Assembly (NCBI GenBank): GCA_021648525.1
Contig: JAKISP010000011.1
Coordinates: forward strand, 9,308 to 73,307
Source of the DNA: Gammaproteobacteria bacterium
GTDB taxonomy: Bacteria; Pseudomonadota; Gammaproteobacteria; SZUA-140
Length of the DNA stretch: 64,000 nucleotides
Reading direction: 5' to 3'
The notes under the pieces are model-generated. The model did not search any database. It was not told the DNA's origin and was given only the letters and a program-made list of their open reading frames with translations. The translations under genes were made by a program, and so were the position numbers. Shown one piece after another: positions 54,380 to 64,000 of the stretch (the stretch's first letter is position 1; each line of letters opens with the position of its first letter).

Positions 54380-55024
54380 ATGTCGATTGGTATCGTCGGT
54401 CGTAAATGTGGTATGACACGCGTCTTCACAGAAGATGGTGTTTCTATCCCAGTGACCGTAATTGAAGTGGAAGCGAATCGGGTTTCTCAGGTTAAAACAC
54501 CTGAGGTTGATGGATATCGTGCTTTGCAGATTACGACTGGTGCGCGACGCGCTTCACGAGTCACCAGGCCGCAGGCTGGTCATTTTGCGAAAGCAGGTGT
54601 TGAAGCTGGGCGTGGTGTCTGGGAATTTCGCCTTAATGACGGTGAAGGCGAAGGTATCGCGGCAGGTTCTGAAATTAAGGTTGATATTTTTGAGGCCGGC
54701 CAGAAAGTTGATGTGACCGGTACTAGTATTGGTAAAGGCTTTGCCGGTACGGTTAAGCGCCATCACTTTGCAATGAAAGATGCGACACATGGTAACTCAC
54801 TGTCTCATCGTACACCGGGTTCCATTGGTCAAAATCAAACGCCGGGACGTGTATTTAAAGGCAAAAAGATGTCTGGTCAGATGGGTAACGTTAAACGCAC
54901 CACGCAGAACCTCGAGGTTGTTCGTGTTGACGTTGAGCGCAATCTGCTGTTGGTGAAAGGTTCCGTTCCTGGTGCTACGGGTGGCAACGTGATCGTTCAC
55001 CCAGCAGTTAAGATGCGCGGATAA
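54380..55024 (+). CDS. rplC: 50S ribosomal protein L3
   Basis: [24 protein letters not shown]. Confidence 0.99.
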   Translation: MSIGIVGRKCGMTRVFTEDGVSIPVTVIEVEANRVSQVKTPEVDGYRALQITTGARRASRVTRPQAGHFAKAGVEAGRGVWEFRLNDGEGEGIAAGSEIKVDIFEAGQKVDVTGTSIGKGFAGTVKRHHFAMKDATHGNSLSHRTPGSIGQNQTPGRVFKGKKMSGQMGNVKRTTQNLEVVRVDVERNLLLVKGSVPGATGGNVIVHPAVKMRG

Positions 55025-55035
55025 GGGGAAGTATT

Positions 55036-55656
55036 GTGGAATTAAATCTTACAACAGCGACTGGTAAAGCATCTAAAAATGCAGTTGAGTTATCAGATGC
55101 GACATTTGATTGCCAATATAACGAGGCATTGATCCATCAGGCAGTGACTGCACATCTGGCTGGCGCTCGTTCTGGTACAAAAGCACAGAAAACCCGCTCA
55201 CAAGTGAGTGGTGGCGGCGCAAAACCCTGGCGTCAAAAGGGTACAGGGCGCGCAAGAGCTGGTACAATACGCAGCCCGCTCTGGAGGACTGGTGGTGTAA
55301 CGTTTGCAGCGACACCTAGAAACTATTCTCAGAAAATTAATAAAAAGATGTATCGACTGGCGCTGCGTTCGATTCTCTCTGAACTAGCGAGAAAAGATCG
55401 TTTAATAGTGGTTGATGAATTCGCACTAGAAGCACCGAAGACCAAAGAGTTGGCCGGAAAGCTTGATGCACTGGGTTTAACTTCAGTTTTGATCGTTGGG
55501 AATGAGCCGAATGTGAATCTTTATCTGGCGTCACGCAATCTACATAAAGTAGATGTGATGGACACAGTTGAAATTGATCCTGTCAGCCTGGTGCGTTTTG
55601 AAAAGGTATTAATGACAGTCGATGCGATTAAGAAAATTGAGGAAAGATTAGGATGA
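55036..55656 (+). CDS. rplD: 50S ribosomal protein L4
   Basis: [14 protein letters not shown]. Confidence 0.99.
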   Translation: MELNLTTATGKASKNAVELSDATFDCQYNEALIHQAVTAHLAGARSGTKAQKTRSQVSGGGAKPWRQKGTGRARAGTIRSPLWRTGGVTFAATPRNYSQKINKKMYRLALRSILSELARKDRLIVVDEFALEAPKTKELAGKLDALGLTSVLIVGNEPNVNLYLASRNLHKVDVMDTVEIDPVSLVRFEKVLMTVDAIKKIEERLG

Positions 55657-55949
55657 ATCAGGAAAGGTTGATGAAAGTACTGCTTGCTCCTCACATTTCC
55701 GAGAAAACGGCACGTGCAGCGGATACCGACAAGCAATTCGCATTTCGTGTGATTTCTGATGCAACCAAGCCAGAGATTAAGCAAGCCGTTGAATTGATGT
55801 TCGATGTTAAAGTTGATGCTGTTCAGGTCTCTAATGTTAAAGGAAAGGAAAAGCGCTTTGGTAAGACTATCGGTCGTCGTTCAGACTGGAAAAAAGCCTA
55901 CGTGAAGCTACAACCAGGCCATGACATTGACTTCATGGGCGCGCAGTAA
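55653..55949 (+). CDS. rplW: 50S ribosomal protein L23
   Basis: [15 protein letters not shown]. Confidence 0.98.
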   Translation: MNQERLMKVLLAPHISEKTARAADTDKQFAFRVISDATKPEIKQAVELMFDVKVDAVQVSNVKGKEKRFGKTIGRRSDWKKAYVKLQPGHDIDFMGAQ

Positions 55950-56006
55950 ACCTGCATACCCCACTGAATAAAATAAAAAGCACAGAGTTAAATAAGGACT
56001 ACGATA

Positions 56007-56837
56007 ATGCCAGTCGTTAAGACAAAGCCTACATCACCCGGTAGACGTTTTTTAGTCAAGGTGGTCAACCCGGATTTACATAAAGGAAAGCCACATGCGC
56101 CTTTATTAGAAAGTCAATCAGAAAATGCCGGGCGTAATAATAATGGCCGTATCACTGTTCGTCACAAAGGTGGTGGGCACAAGCAGCATTACAGGTTGAT
56201 CGATTTCAAGCGTAATAAAGACGGCATCATGGGTGTTGTTGAACGCCTTGAGTATGATCCCAATCGTAGTGCTAACATTGCACTGATTTTGTATGCCGAT
56301 GGTGAGCGTCGTTACATTATCGCACCAAAAGATGTTAAAGCGGGTGCCGAGATTGTTTCTGGTGTTGACGCGCCAATTAAACCGGGTAACTGTTTGCCGA
56401 TGCGTGATATCCCCGTGGGTAGTGTTATTCACTGTGTGGAGCTTAAGCCTGGCAAAGGTGCGCAAATTGCACGTAGTGCTGGCACTTCTGCGCAGTTAGT
56501 TGCGAAAGAGAATAACCACGGAATTTTACGTCTTCGTTCAGGTGAAATGCGTAAGATTCTGCTTGATTGCCGTGCAACGATTGGTGAAGTCAGTAACTCT
56601 GAGCATGGTTTGCGTTCATTAGGTAAGGCTGGCGCTAAGCGCTGGCGCGGTGTTCGTCCGACTGTTCGTGGTGTGGCGATGAACCCGGTTGATCATCCGC
56701 ATGGTGGTGGTGAAGGTCGTACTTCTGGTGGTCGTCACCCAGTAAGCCCATGGGGCACGCCAACTAAGGGTTATAAAACGCGTAGCAACAAACGTACTGA
56801 TAAGCTGATCGTTAGATCACGTCGTAAAACACGCTAA
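56007..56837 (+). CDS. rplB: 50S ribosomal protein L2
   Basis: [26 protein letters not shown]. Confidence 0.99.
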   Translation: MPVVKTKPTSPGRRFLVKVVNPDLHKGKPHAPLLESQSENAGRNNNGRITVRHKGGGHKQHYRLIDFKRNKDGIMGVVERLEYDPNRSANIALILYADGERRYIIAPKDVKAGAEIVSGVDAPIKPGNCLPMRDIPVGSVIHCVELKPGKGAQIARSAGTSAQLVAKENNHGILRLRSGEMRKILLDCRATIGEVSNSEHGLRSLGKAGAKRWRGVRPTVRGVAMNPVDHPHGGGEGRTSGGRHPVSPWGTPTKGYKTRSNKRTDKLIVRSRRKTR

Positions 56838-56877
56838 ATCGGCTATTTAAGTAAAAGAACTAGACAGGGGTTATAAA

Positions 56878-57150
56878 GTGCCACGTTCAATTAAAAAAGG
56901 TCCGTTTATTGACCAGCATCTTGTTAAAAAGGTGGAGGAAGCGATTGCTTCAAATAATAAGCGTCCGATCAAGACCTGGTCTCGCCGTTCAATGATTAGT
57001 CCAGAGATGGTTGGACTGACAATTGCTGTTCATAACGGTCGTCAGCACTCACCGGTACTGATTTCCGAAAATATGGTCGGCCATAAGCTGGGTGAATTTT
57101 CAATGACCCGTACCTTTAAAGGTCACGTGGCTGACAGAAAATCTAAATAG
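56878..57150 (+). CDS. rpsS: 30S ribosomal protein S19
   Basis: [16 protein letters not shown]. Confidence 0.99.
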   Translation: MPRSIKKGPFIDQHLVKKVEEAIASNNKRPIKTWSRRSMISPEMVGLTIAVHNGRQHSPVLISENMVGHKLGEFSMTRTFKGHVADRKSK

Positions 57151-57160
57151 GTGATTTGAG

Positions 57161-57493
57161 ATGGAAGTGGCTTCAAAACTGAGATACGTCGGGATCTCTG
57201 CACAAAAAGCGAGATTGATAGCTGACCAGGTGCGTGGACTGCCGGTTGATAGAGCGCTGAATACGTTATTATTCAGCCAGAAGAAAGGTGCTGGGATCGT
57301 CAAGAAAGTACTGGAATCTGCCATCGCAAATGCAGAGCATAACGAAGGTGCCGATGTTGATGAGCTGAAAATTTCTGCCATTTGGGTAGATGAAGGCCCA
57401 ACACAGAAGCGTTTCCGTGCACGTGCTCGTGGTCGCGGTAACCAGATTCTAAAACGTACAAGTCACATCACTGTGACCGTAAGCGACAAATAA
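57161..57493 (+). CDS. rplV: 50S ribosomal protein L22
   Basis: [22 protein letters not shown]. Confidence 0.99.
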   Translation: MEVASKLRYVGISAQKARLIADQVRGLPVDRALNTLLFSQKKGAGIVKKVLESAIANAEHNEGADVDELKISAIWVDEGPTQKRFRARARGRGNQILKRTSHITVTVSDK

Positions 57494-57508
57494 GAGAGTT
57501 TTTAGACT

Positions 57509-58186
57509 ATGGGTCAAAAAGTACATCCAATTGGTATTCGTCTAGGCATTGTTAAGGATTGGACCTCTAAGTGGTATGCCGATTCAAAAGATTATGCTGA
57601 CTATCTTTACACTGATCTCAAGGTGCGCGAGTACCTGAAAAAGAAACTGCAGCAGGCTTCTGTGAGCAGAATTCAGATCGAACGTCCAGCACGTAACGCA
57701 CGTATTACAGTGCACACGGCTCGCCCTGGAATGGTGATTGGCAAAAAGGGTGAAGATATCGAATCACTTCGTAAAGAAGTTTCTAAAATGATGGGTATTC
57801 CGGTCCACATCAACATAGAAGAAATTCGTAAGCCTGAACTGGATGCGCAGTTGGTTGCTGAAAGTGTTGCGCAACAGCTGGAACGACGCATTATGTATCG
57901 TCGCGCGATGAAAAGAGCGGTGACAAACACAATGCGCTTAGGGGCTGGTGGAATCAAGATTAACGTTGCTGGTCGTTTGAATGGTGCAGAAATTGCCCGT
58001 CGCGAATGGTACCGTGAAGGTCGCGTTCCTCTTCACACTCTCCGTGCTGATATTGATTATGGCACCGCTGAAGCACACACGCCTTCAGGTGTTATCGGTA
58101 TCAAAGTATGGATATTCAAGGGTGAGGTATTTAATACGGTTGAGCAGGAAGAGACTAAACCTGCTGATAAGGCCGCGGCTAGTTAA
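57509..58186 (+). CDS. rpsC: 30S ribosomal protein S3
   Basis: [17 protein letters not shown]. Confidence 0.99.
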   Translation: MGQKVHPIGIRLGIVKDWTSKWYADSKDYADYLYTDLKVREYLKKKLQQASVSRIQIERPARNARITVHTARPGMVIGKKGEDIESLRKEVSKMMGIPVHINIEEIRKPELDAQLVAESVAQQLERRIMYRRAMKRAVTNTMRLGAGGIKINVAGRLNGAEIARREWYREGRVPLHTLRADIDYGTAEAHTPSGVIGIKVWIFKGEVFNTVEQEETKPADKAAAS

Positions 58187-58200
58187 AGGAAAGAGTAGTT

Positions 58201-58614
58201 ATGCTTCAGCCAAAAAAGACAAAATTCCGCAAACAGATGAAAGGCCGCAACCGCGGGCTAGCAACTGTCGGTAATAAAGTAAGCTTCGGTGAATTCGGGC
58301 TAAAAGCCACATCGCGAGGTCGTATCACGGCCCGTCAAATTGAGGCAGCTCGTCGTGCAATGACACGCCACGTTAAACGTGGTGGTAAAATCTGGATCAG
58401 AATTTTTCCGGACAAACCAATCACCAAGAAGCCGATTGAAGTTAGACAGGGTAAGGGTAAAGGTAACGTGGAATACTGGGTATCCCAGATCCAGCCAGGT
58501 CGTATGTTATATGAAATGGAAGGTGTATCTGAAGAAGTAGCGCGTGAAGCATTTGAGCTTGCGGCTGCTAAATTACCAGTACAAACAACATTTGTATGCC
58601 GGACGGTGATGTGA
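58201..58614 (+). CDS. rplP: 50S ribosomal protein L16
   Basis: [16 protein letters not shown]. Confidence 0.99.
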   Translation: MLQPKKTKFRKQMKGRNRGLATVGNKVSFGEFGLKATSRGRITARQIEAARRAMTRHVKRGGKIWIRIFPDKPITKKPIEVRQGKGKGNVEYWVSQIQPGRMLYEMEGVSEEVAREAFELAAAKLPVQTTFVCRTVM

Positions 58615-58814
58615 TGAATGCGACTGAGCTTAGAGAAAAAAACATTGACGAGCTGAACAGTGAGAAGCTTGAGCTATTGCGAGAACAGTTTAACCTGCGC
58701 ATGCAAAAAGGCACCGGTCAATTGACCCAGTCTCATTTGTTAAAAAACGTTCGCCGTAACATTGCGCGCATAAATACAGTAATTAACGAGAAAAAAGCGG
58801 GTAATGAATCATGA
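58614..58814 (+). CDS. rpmC: 50S ribosomal protein L29
   Basis: [21 protein letters not shown]. Confidence 0.97.
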   Translation: MNATELREKNIDELNSEKLELLREQFNLRMQKGTGQLTQSHLLKNVRRNIARINTVINEKKAGNES

Positions 58815-59074
58815 GTGAGCAAGCGCAGGTATCACGAAGCGTAACTGGTCGCGTTGTCAGTGATAAAATGGATAAGACGGTCACTGTCCTTATTGAAAGA
58901 AAAGAGCCTCACCCGCTCTACAAAAAGTACATTAAACGTTCTACTAAGCTACAGGCTCATGATGAGAAGAACGAATGTAACGAAGGTGATTTAGTCACTA
59001 TCGAGCAGTGCAGACCATTGTCTAAAAGCAAATCATGGATGCTTGTCTCAGTAGATGAAAAGGCTGCTGGTTAA
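58811..59074 (+). CDS. rpsQ: 30S ribosomal protein S17
   Basis: [16 protein letters not shown]. Confidence 0.98.
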   Translation: MSEQAQVSRSVTGRVVSDKMDKTVTVLIERKEPHPLYKKYIKRSTKLQAHDEKNECNEGDLVTIEQCRPLSKSKSWMLVSVDEKAAG

Positions 59075-59120
59075 TCCCAGCCCTGAAGAAACGAATATAT
59101 AAGGTTTACGGGGATAAACA

Positions 59121-59489
59121 ATGATACAGATGCAGTCAAAACTCGACGTTGCTGATAACAGTGGTGCACGTCAGCTAATGTGTATCAAGGTATTGGGCGG
59201 CTCACACCGCCGTTATGCCGGTGTTGGTGACATTATTAAGGTGAGTATTAAGGAAGCAATTCCTCGCGGTAAAGTTAAAAAAGGCGAAGTTTACAACGCT
59301 GTTGTTGTGCGTACCTGTAAAGGTGTACGTCGTGCTGATGGCTCTTTAATTCGCTTTGACTCAAATGCAGCAGTGCTGCTGAATGCGCAGCTACAACCAA
59401 TTGGTACTCGTATCTTTGGCCCTGTGACTCGCGAGCTACGTACTGAGCGTTTCATGAAAATTATTTCATTAGCCCCAGAAGTTCTGTAA
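59121..59489 (+). CDS. rplN: 50S ribosomal protein L14
   Basis: [15 protein letters not shown]. Confidence 0.99.
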   Translation: MIQMQSKLDVADNSGARQLMCIKVLGGSHRRYAGVGDIIKVSIKEAIPRGKVKKGEVYNAVVVRTCKGVRRADGSLIRFDSNAAVLLNAQLQPIGTRIFGPVTRELRTERFMKIISLAPEVL

Positions 59490-59514
59490 GGCTGATTGCG
59501 CGGACGATATTAAG

Positions 59515-59832
59515 ATGAAAAAGATTAAACAAAATGATGATGTAATTGTGATCGCCGGCAAAGATAAAGGCAAGCGAGGCACCGTTATTAAAGTAGTCAG
59601 CGAAGATCGAGTTGTCGTTGAAAACATTAACATGGCTAAACGTCACACGAAACCTAACCCAAATAAAAGCATAGCTGGCGGTATTGTCAGTAAAGAGATG
59701 CCAATCAATATCTCTAATATTGCACTGTACAACCCAGCGACTAAAAAAGCGGGTCGGGTTGGAATCAAGACTCTGGAAGGTAAACGTAAAGTTCGCTTTT
59801 TTAAGTCTGACAATGAAGTCATTGATAGCTAA
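59515..59832 (+). CDS. rplX: 50S ribosomal protein L24
   Basis: [11 protein letters not shown]. Confidence 0.98.
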   Translation: MKKIKQNDDVIVIAGKDKGKRGTVIKVVSEDRVVVENINMAKRHTKPNPNKSIAGGIVSKEMPINISNIALYNPATKKAGRVGIKTLEGKRKVRFFKSDNEVIDS

Positions 59833-59855
59833 TAATTTTAAGGTTGGGTAGGAAG

Positions 59856-60395
59856 ATGGCAAGACTCCAGGAACATTACCGCGAAAACATAGTCAATCAG
59901 CTGGTTGAAAAGATGGGCTATAAAAGCGTGATGGAAGTACCTCGCATCACCAAAATCACACTGAATATGGGTGTAGGTGAGGCGGTCGGTGATAAGAAGA
60001 TTATTGAGCACGCGGTGAATGATTTACAGAAAATCAGCGGCCAGAAAGTTATCGTTACTTATGCTCGTAAATCAGTTGCTGCGTTTAAAATTCGTGATGG
60101 CTGGCCTATCGGCTGTAAAGTGACGTTGCGTCGTGAACGTATGTATGAATTCCTGGATCGACTAATTTCAATTTCAATTCCACGTATTCGTGATTTTCGT
60201 GGATTGAATGGTAAATCTTTTGATGGCCGTGGCAATTACAGCATGGGTGTGCGTGAGCAGATCATGTTCCCTGAAATTGAATATGAAAAGATTGATACTT
60301 TGCGTGGATTAGACATTACTGTTACCACGACAGCAAAAACCGACGAAGAAGGTCGTGCACTGCTGGAAGCATTTAACTTTCCATTTAAGAAGTGA
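59856..60395 (+). CDS. rplE: 50S ribosomal protein L5
   Basis: [16 protein letters not shown]; ATG 59856. Confidence 0.99.
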   Translation: MARLQEHYRENIVNQLVEKMGYKSVMEVPRITKITLNMGVGEAVGDKKIIEHAVNDLQKISGQKVIVTYARKSVAAFKIRDGWPIGCKVTLRRERMYEFLDRLISISIPRIRDFRGLNGKSFDGRGNYSMGVREQIMFPEIEYEKIDTLRGLDITVTTTAKTDEEGRALLEAFNFPFKK

Positions 60396-60406
60396 GGAAT
60401 TGATCC

Positions 60407-60712
60407 ATGGCTAAAGTATCAATGATTAACCGTGAAGCTAAAAGAACTCGGCTGGTTGCAAAATATGCAGCGAAAAGAGCTGAATTAAAGCGTATAATGT
60501 CTGATGAAAATGCTTCGGACGAAGATCGTGATGCTGCACAGCAGAAATTCCATGCACTTCCAAGAGACTCAAGTCCAGTTCGTCAGCGTAAACGTTGCCG
60601 TATTACTGGTAGACCGCACGGTTTTTACCGTAAATTTGGTCTGAGCCGTAATAAATTAAGAGAGTCTGCTATGCGTGGTGATGTACCAGGCCTGGTTAAG
60701 GCGAGTTGGTAA
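60407..60712 (+). CDS. rpsN: 30S ribosomal protein S14 (long, non-zinc form)
   Basis: 101 aa, [10 protein letters not shown], single Cys. Confidence 0.98.
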   Translation: MAKVSMINREAKRTRLVAKYAAKRAELKRIMSDENASDEDRDAAQQKFHALPRDSSPVRQRKRCRITGRPHGFYRKFGLSRNKLRESAMRGDVPGLVKASW

Positions 60713-60777
60713 ATCACTGGTTTAAACCTGGTGATTAATTAGAATTATTGAATAAAACGACTGGTTAGGATTTATAA

Positions 60778-61173
60778 ATGAGCATGACCGACCCAATTGC
60801 GGATCTTTTGACCCGTATCCGCAACGCACAAGCAGCCAATAAAGTTGATGTGTCTATGCCGTCATCAACGCTGAAAGAGGCGATTGCCGGTGTACTAAAA
60901 TCTGAAGGTTACATTACTGGCTTTTCAACGGAAGAAAGTGATAGTAAAAAATCACTGACGATTACATTGAAATATTATCAGGGAGAGCCAGTAATGGATG
61001 AGCTGAAACGAGCCAGTCGTCCAGGTTTACGTATATACAGAGGTAAAGGCGAGATACCAAAAGTTCAGGCTGGACTGGGAATCGCAATCGTATCTACCTC
61101 TAAGGGCGTTATGACTGACCGTGCAGCTCGCGCGGCGGGGCATGGCGGTGAAGTTCTTTGTTATATTTCTTGA
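60778..61173 (+). CDS. rpsH: 30S ribosomal protein S8
   Basis: [22 protein letters not shown]. Confidence 0.99.
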   Translation: MSMTDPIADLLTRIRNAQAANKVDVSMPSSTLKEAIAGVLKSEGYITGFSTEESDSKKSLTITLKYYQGEPVMDELKRASRPGLRIYRGKGEIPKVQAGLGIAIVSTSKGVMTDRAARAAGHGGEVLCYIS

Positions 61174-61184
61174 TCGGTTGAACT

Positions 61185-61718
61185 ATGTCTAGAATTGCAA
61201 AAAATCCAGTAATTGTTCCTGCAGGCGTTGATGTCACCATCAGCGGTCAGGACATTTCTATTAAAGGTGGAAAAGGCCAGTTATCCTTTTCCGTACATAA
61301 AGACGTTGAAGTTGTTAGAGAAGGCGATGAGCTGCGAGTTGCTACCCGAGCAAAAGGGAAGTCGGCCATTGCACTGTCAGGTACAACACGCGCGATTGTT
61401 AATAACATGGTAACGGGTGTACATACCGGTTTTGAAAAGAAACTAGCATTAGTAGGCGTTGGTTACCGCGCGCAAGCGCAGGGCAAAGTATTAAATCTGA
61501 CCCTTGGCTTTTCACACCCTGTGAACTTTAATGTGCCAGAAGGTGTGACAGTTGAGACACCGAGTCAGACTGAAATCGTTATTAAGGGCGCAGATAAGCA
61601 GTTGGTTGGACAAGCGGCAGCTGATATTCGCGCTTATCGTCCACCTGAGCCTTATAAAGGTAAGGGCGTGCGCTACGTTGGCGAGCATATTGTCATGAAA
61701 GAAGCCAAGAAAAAATAA
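61185..61718 (+). CDS. rplF: 50S ribosomal protein L6
   Basis: [16 protein letters not shown]. Confidence 0.99.
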   Translation: MSRIAKNPVIVPAGVDVTISGQDISIKGGKGQLSFSVHKDVEVVREGDELRVATRAKGKSAIALSGTTRAIVNNMVTGVHTGFEKKLALVGVGYRAQAQGKVLNLTLGFSHPVNFNVPEGVTVETPSQTEIVIKGADKQLVGQAAADIRAYRPPEPYKGKGVRYVGEHIVMKEAKKK

Positions 61719-61745
61719 TTAAAGCCCTCATTTAGAATTATATAG

Positions 61746-62108
61746 GTGAATAGCGTGGACAAGAAAACAGGTCGTTTACGTCGTGCAAAACGTACAAGAG
61801 CGAAGATTAAAGAGCTAGGTGTTGAAAGGCTTTGCATCTTTCGCACACCACGACATATATATGCGCAATTGATTGGCACCAGTGGTGCAGATGTTATTGC
61901 GAGTGTTTCAACATTAGATAAAGATGTTAAAGCAAGTCTGAGTAACGGTGGCAATATATCCGCTGCTACTGCGGTTGGGAAAATGATCGCAGATAAGGCA
62001 AAAGCAGCTGGTGTTTCTAAGGTTGCATTTGATCGTTCAGGATTTAAATACCATGGTCGTGTGAAAGCGTTAGCGGAAGCTGCGCGTGAAAACGGCCTCG
62101 AATTCTAA
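61746..62108 (+). CDS. rplR: 50S ribosomal protein L18
   Basis: [12 protein letters not shown]. Confidence 0.99.
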   Translation: MNSVDKKTGRLRRAKRTRAKIKELGVERLCIFRTPRHIYAQLIGTSGADVIASVSTLDKDVKASLSNGGNISAATAVGKMIADKAKAAGVSKVAFDRSGFKYHGRVKALAEAARENGLEF

Positions 62109-62118
62109 GGGCTAGAAA

Positions 62119-62625
62119 ATGGCTAAGTATGATTCTTCTCAAAAAAGTGATGATCTACAGGAAAAGCTTGTAGGTGTCCGTCGTGTTGCCAAAGTTGTAA
62201 AAGGCGGCCGTCAGTTTGGTTTTTCTGCACTAACAGTGGTTGGTGATGGTAAAGGTCGTATCGGTTTTGGTAGTGGTAAAGCGCGTGAAGTGCCTATTGC
62301 GATTCAAAAGGCAATGGAAGATGCACGCCGTAATATGATTGATGTAAAGTTAAACGATGTGACCCTTCAGTACCCGATTACTGCAAGACATGGTGCAGCA
62401 AAAGTATTTATGCAACCTGCAACGCCGGGTACCGGGATTATTGCTGGCGGTGCAATGCGAGCGGTATTTGAAGTCCTGGGTGTACAGGATGTTCTAGCTA
62501 AGTGCATTGGGTCAACCAACCCAGTAAACGTGGTTCGTGCAACAGTCAATGGTCTGCGCGATATGACCAATGCTGAAGCAGTTGCTGCGAAACGCGGCAA
62601 AACGGTTAAGGAAATACTGGAATAA
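62119..62625 (+). CDS. rpsE: 30S ribosomal protein S5
   Basis: [15 protein letters not shown]. Confidence 0.99.
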   Translation: MAKYDSSQKSDDLQEKLVGVRRVAKVVKGGRQFGFSALTVVGDGKGRIGFGSGKAREVPIAIQKAMEDARRNMIDVKLNDVTLQYPITARHGAAKVFMQPATPGTGIIAGGAMRAVFEVLGVQDVLAKCIGSTNPVNVVRATVNGLRDMTNAEAVAAKRGKTVKEILE

Positions 62626-62630
62626 TTCTA

Positions 62631-62822
62631 ATGGTTGATAACAAAAGACAAATAAAAGTGACGCTGGTTCGCAGTCCAAACGGACGCCTGGCATCTCACA
62701 AAGCCTGTCTTGCAGGCCTAGGGCTGCGCAGGATGCATCAGACGGTGTCCGTTGAAGATACTCCCTGTACCCGTGGCATGATCAATAAAGCATATTACAT
62801 GCTGAGAGTTGAGGAAGAGTAA
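62631..62822 (+). CDS. rpmD: 50S ribosomal protein L30
   Basis: [20 protein letters not shown]. Confidence 0.97.
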   Translation: MVDNKRQIKVTLVRSPNGRLASHKACLAGLGLRRMHQTVSVEDTPCTRGMINKAYYMLRVEEE

Positions 62823-62823
62823 G

Positions 62824-63258
62824 ATGTACCTTAATACAATCAAACCTGCTATTGGCGCAACACAGGCACGTAAACGAGTGGGCCGTGGTATCGGTTCTGG
62901 CTCAGGTAAGACATGTGGGCGGGGTCATAAAGGCCAGCATTCGCGTTCTGGTGGTTTTCATAAAGTCGGTTTCGAAGGTGGTCAACAGCCTTTGCAGCGC
63001 CGCCTACCGAAAGTTGGTTTTTCATCTAGAGTTAAATCAACCCGAGCAGAAGTTCGTTTACACGAACTGACAGCAATAGAAGGTGGCGTAGTAGACCTGG
63101 CCGCACTAATTGCTGCGGACATTGTTCCGCAGCAGACGCTGAAAGCAAAAGTGATCGATTCTGGTGTGATTGCGATAGCAGTTACGCTTCGTGGAATTAA
63201 TGTGACAAAAGGTGCTCGTGCAGCGATCGAAGCTGCTGGCGGCAAGATAGAGGACTAA
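62824..63258 (+). CDS. rplO: 50S ribosomal protein L15
   Basis: [16 protein letters not shown]; ATG 62824. Confidence 0.99.
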   Translation: MYLNTIKPAIGATQARKRVGRGIGSGSGKTCGRGHKGQHSRSGGFHKVGFEGGQQPLQRRLPKVGFSSRVKSTRAEVRLHELTAIEGGVVDLAALIAADIVPQQTLKAKVIDSGVIAIAVTLRGINVTKGARAAIEAAGGKIED

Positions 63259-64000
63259 GTGGTCGCATCTGGCTCAGCATTAGCAGGCGCAGGTCGTCTG
63301 ACTGAACTCAAACAACGTTTGTTGTTTGTTCTTGGCGCACTGCTTGTTTACCGTATTGGTACGCATATTCCGGTACCAGGGATTGATCCCATGGCGCTTG
63401 CTGCGTTGTTTGAGCAGAGCCGTGGTACGATCATCGAAATGTTCAACATGTTCTCTGGTGGCGCTTTAGGGCGTTTATCGGTGTTCGCATTAGGTGTGAT
63501 GCCCTACATTTCGGCATCGATTATTATTCAGCTACTTACCGCTGTATCACCGAAGCTTGAACAACTTAAAAAAGAAGGTGAGTCTGGGCGTCGCAAGTTA
63601 TCGGAATATACGCGTTATTTGACACTGTTTTTGGCGACGTTTCAGGCGCTAGGCATATCAATCGCAATTGAAAGCCAGCAGATTGGTGGCAGTGGGGTTG
63701 TGATTGATCCCGGTTGGGATTTCAGAATAGTAGCCGCACTGAGTCTGGTGACGGGCACAATGTTTTTGATGTGGTTAGGTGAGCAGATAACAGAGCGAGG
63801 AATCGGCAACGGCATCTCGATTATCATTTTCGCTGGAATTGTCGCCGGATTACCATCGGCAATTGGCGGGACATTAGAGCTGGCCAGAACAGGTGAAATG
63901 AGTTCGGTAGCGGTACTTACCATCATTACATTGGCGATTGCAGTCACCGCATTTGTTGTTTTTGTTGAACGCGGGCAGAGAAGAATTACGGTAAATTACG
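63259..64000 (+). CDS. secY: Preprotein translocase subunit SecY, partial (runs off the right edge); missing from the ORF track
   Basis: GTG directly after the rplO stop: ...[51 protein letters not shown]. Confidence 0.97.
   Translation, partial: MVASGSALAGAGRLTELKQRLLFVLGALLVYRIGTHIPVPGIDPMALAALFEQSRGTIIEMFNMFSGGALGRLSVFALGVMPYISASIIIQLLTAVSPKLEQLKKEGESGRRKLSEYTRYLTLFLATFQALGISIAIESQQIGGSGVVIDPGWDFRIVAALSLVTGTMFLMWLGEQITERGIGNGISIIIFAGIVAGLPSAIGGTLELARTGEMSSVAVLTIITLAIAVTAFVVFVERGQRRITVNY

Noticed and set aside
36060-63947. Many 60-185 aa antisense or alternate-frame ORFs within tuf, rpo, fus, ribosomal-protein genes and secY
   Set aside because: Expected shadows of codon-biased genes; no SD or domain evidence for any of them.

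Overview
Core-genome window of a gammaproteobacterium with two AT-richer accessory patches. 1-13.4 kb: SH3 protein, vanZ-family gene, purNM, DUF2066 / AI-2E / hda operon, wrbA, arsC, yihY, a PhoPQ-like two-component system, cytochrome c, metA and an uncharacterised P-loop protein. 13.4-15.3 kb: first accessory patch, with a lone SDR, ISL3 remnants and a REP doublet. 15.3-22.7 kb: rmlBACD and metK - SAH riboswitch - ahcY - metF. 22.9-27.9 kb: second, decaying patch, with a cytidylyltransferase / CDP-alcohol phosphotransferase pair, three broken genes, a LysR regulator and DUF4442. 28-35.5 kb: glcD-like oxidase, lpoA-yraN-gmhA/diaA-BON, rsmI, a MITE, rnpB and galE. 35.7-64 kb: the contiguous tRNA-tufB-secE-nusG-rplKAJL-rpoBC-str-S10-spc cluster, ending in partial secY. 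No CRISPR array, rRNA, prophage or intact transposase was seen. The best leads are the cytidylyltransferase + CDP-alcohol phosphotransferase pair, the metA-coupled P-loop protein, a previously unannotated internally deleted CDP-alcohol phosphatidyltransferase between DUF2066 and AI-2E, an IS5-type MITE carrying a palindromic repeat next to rnpB, and unusually diverged tuf paralogues and EF-G. All family assignments are from motif recognition; no database searches were run.
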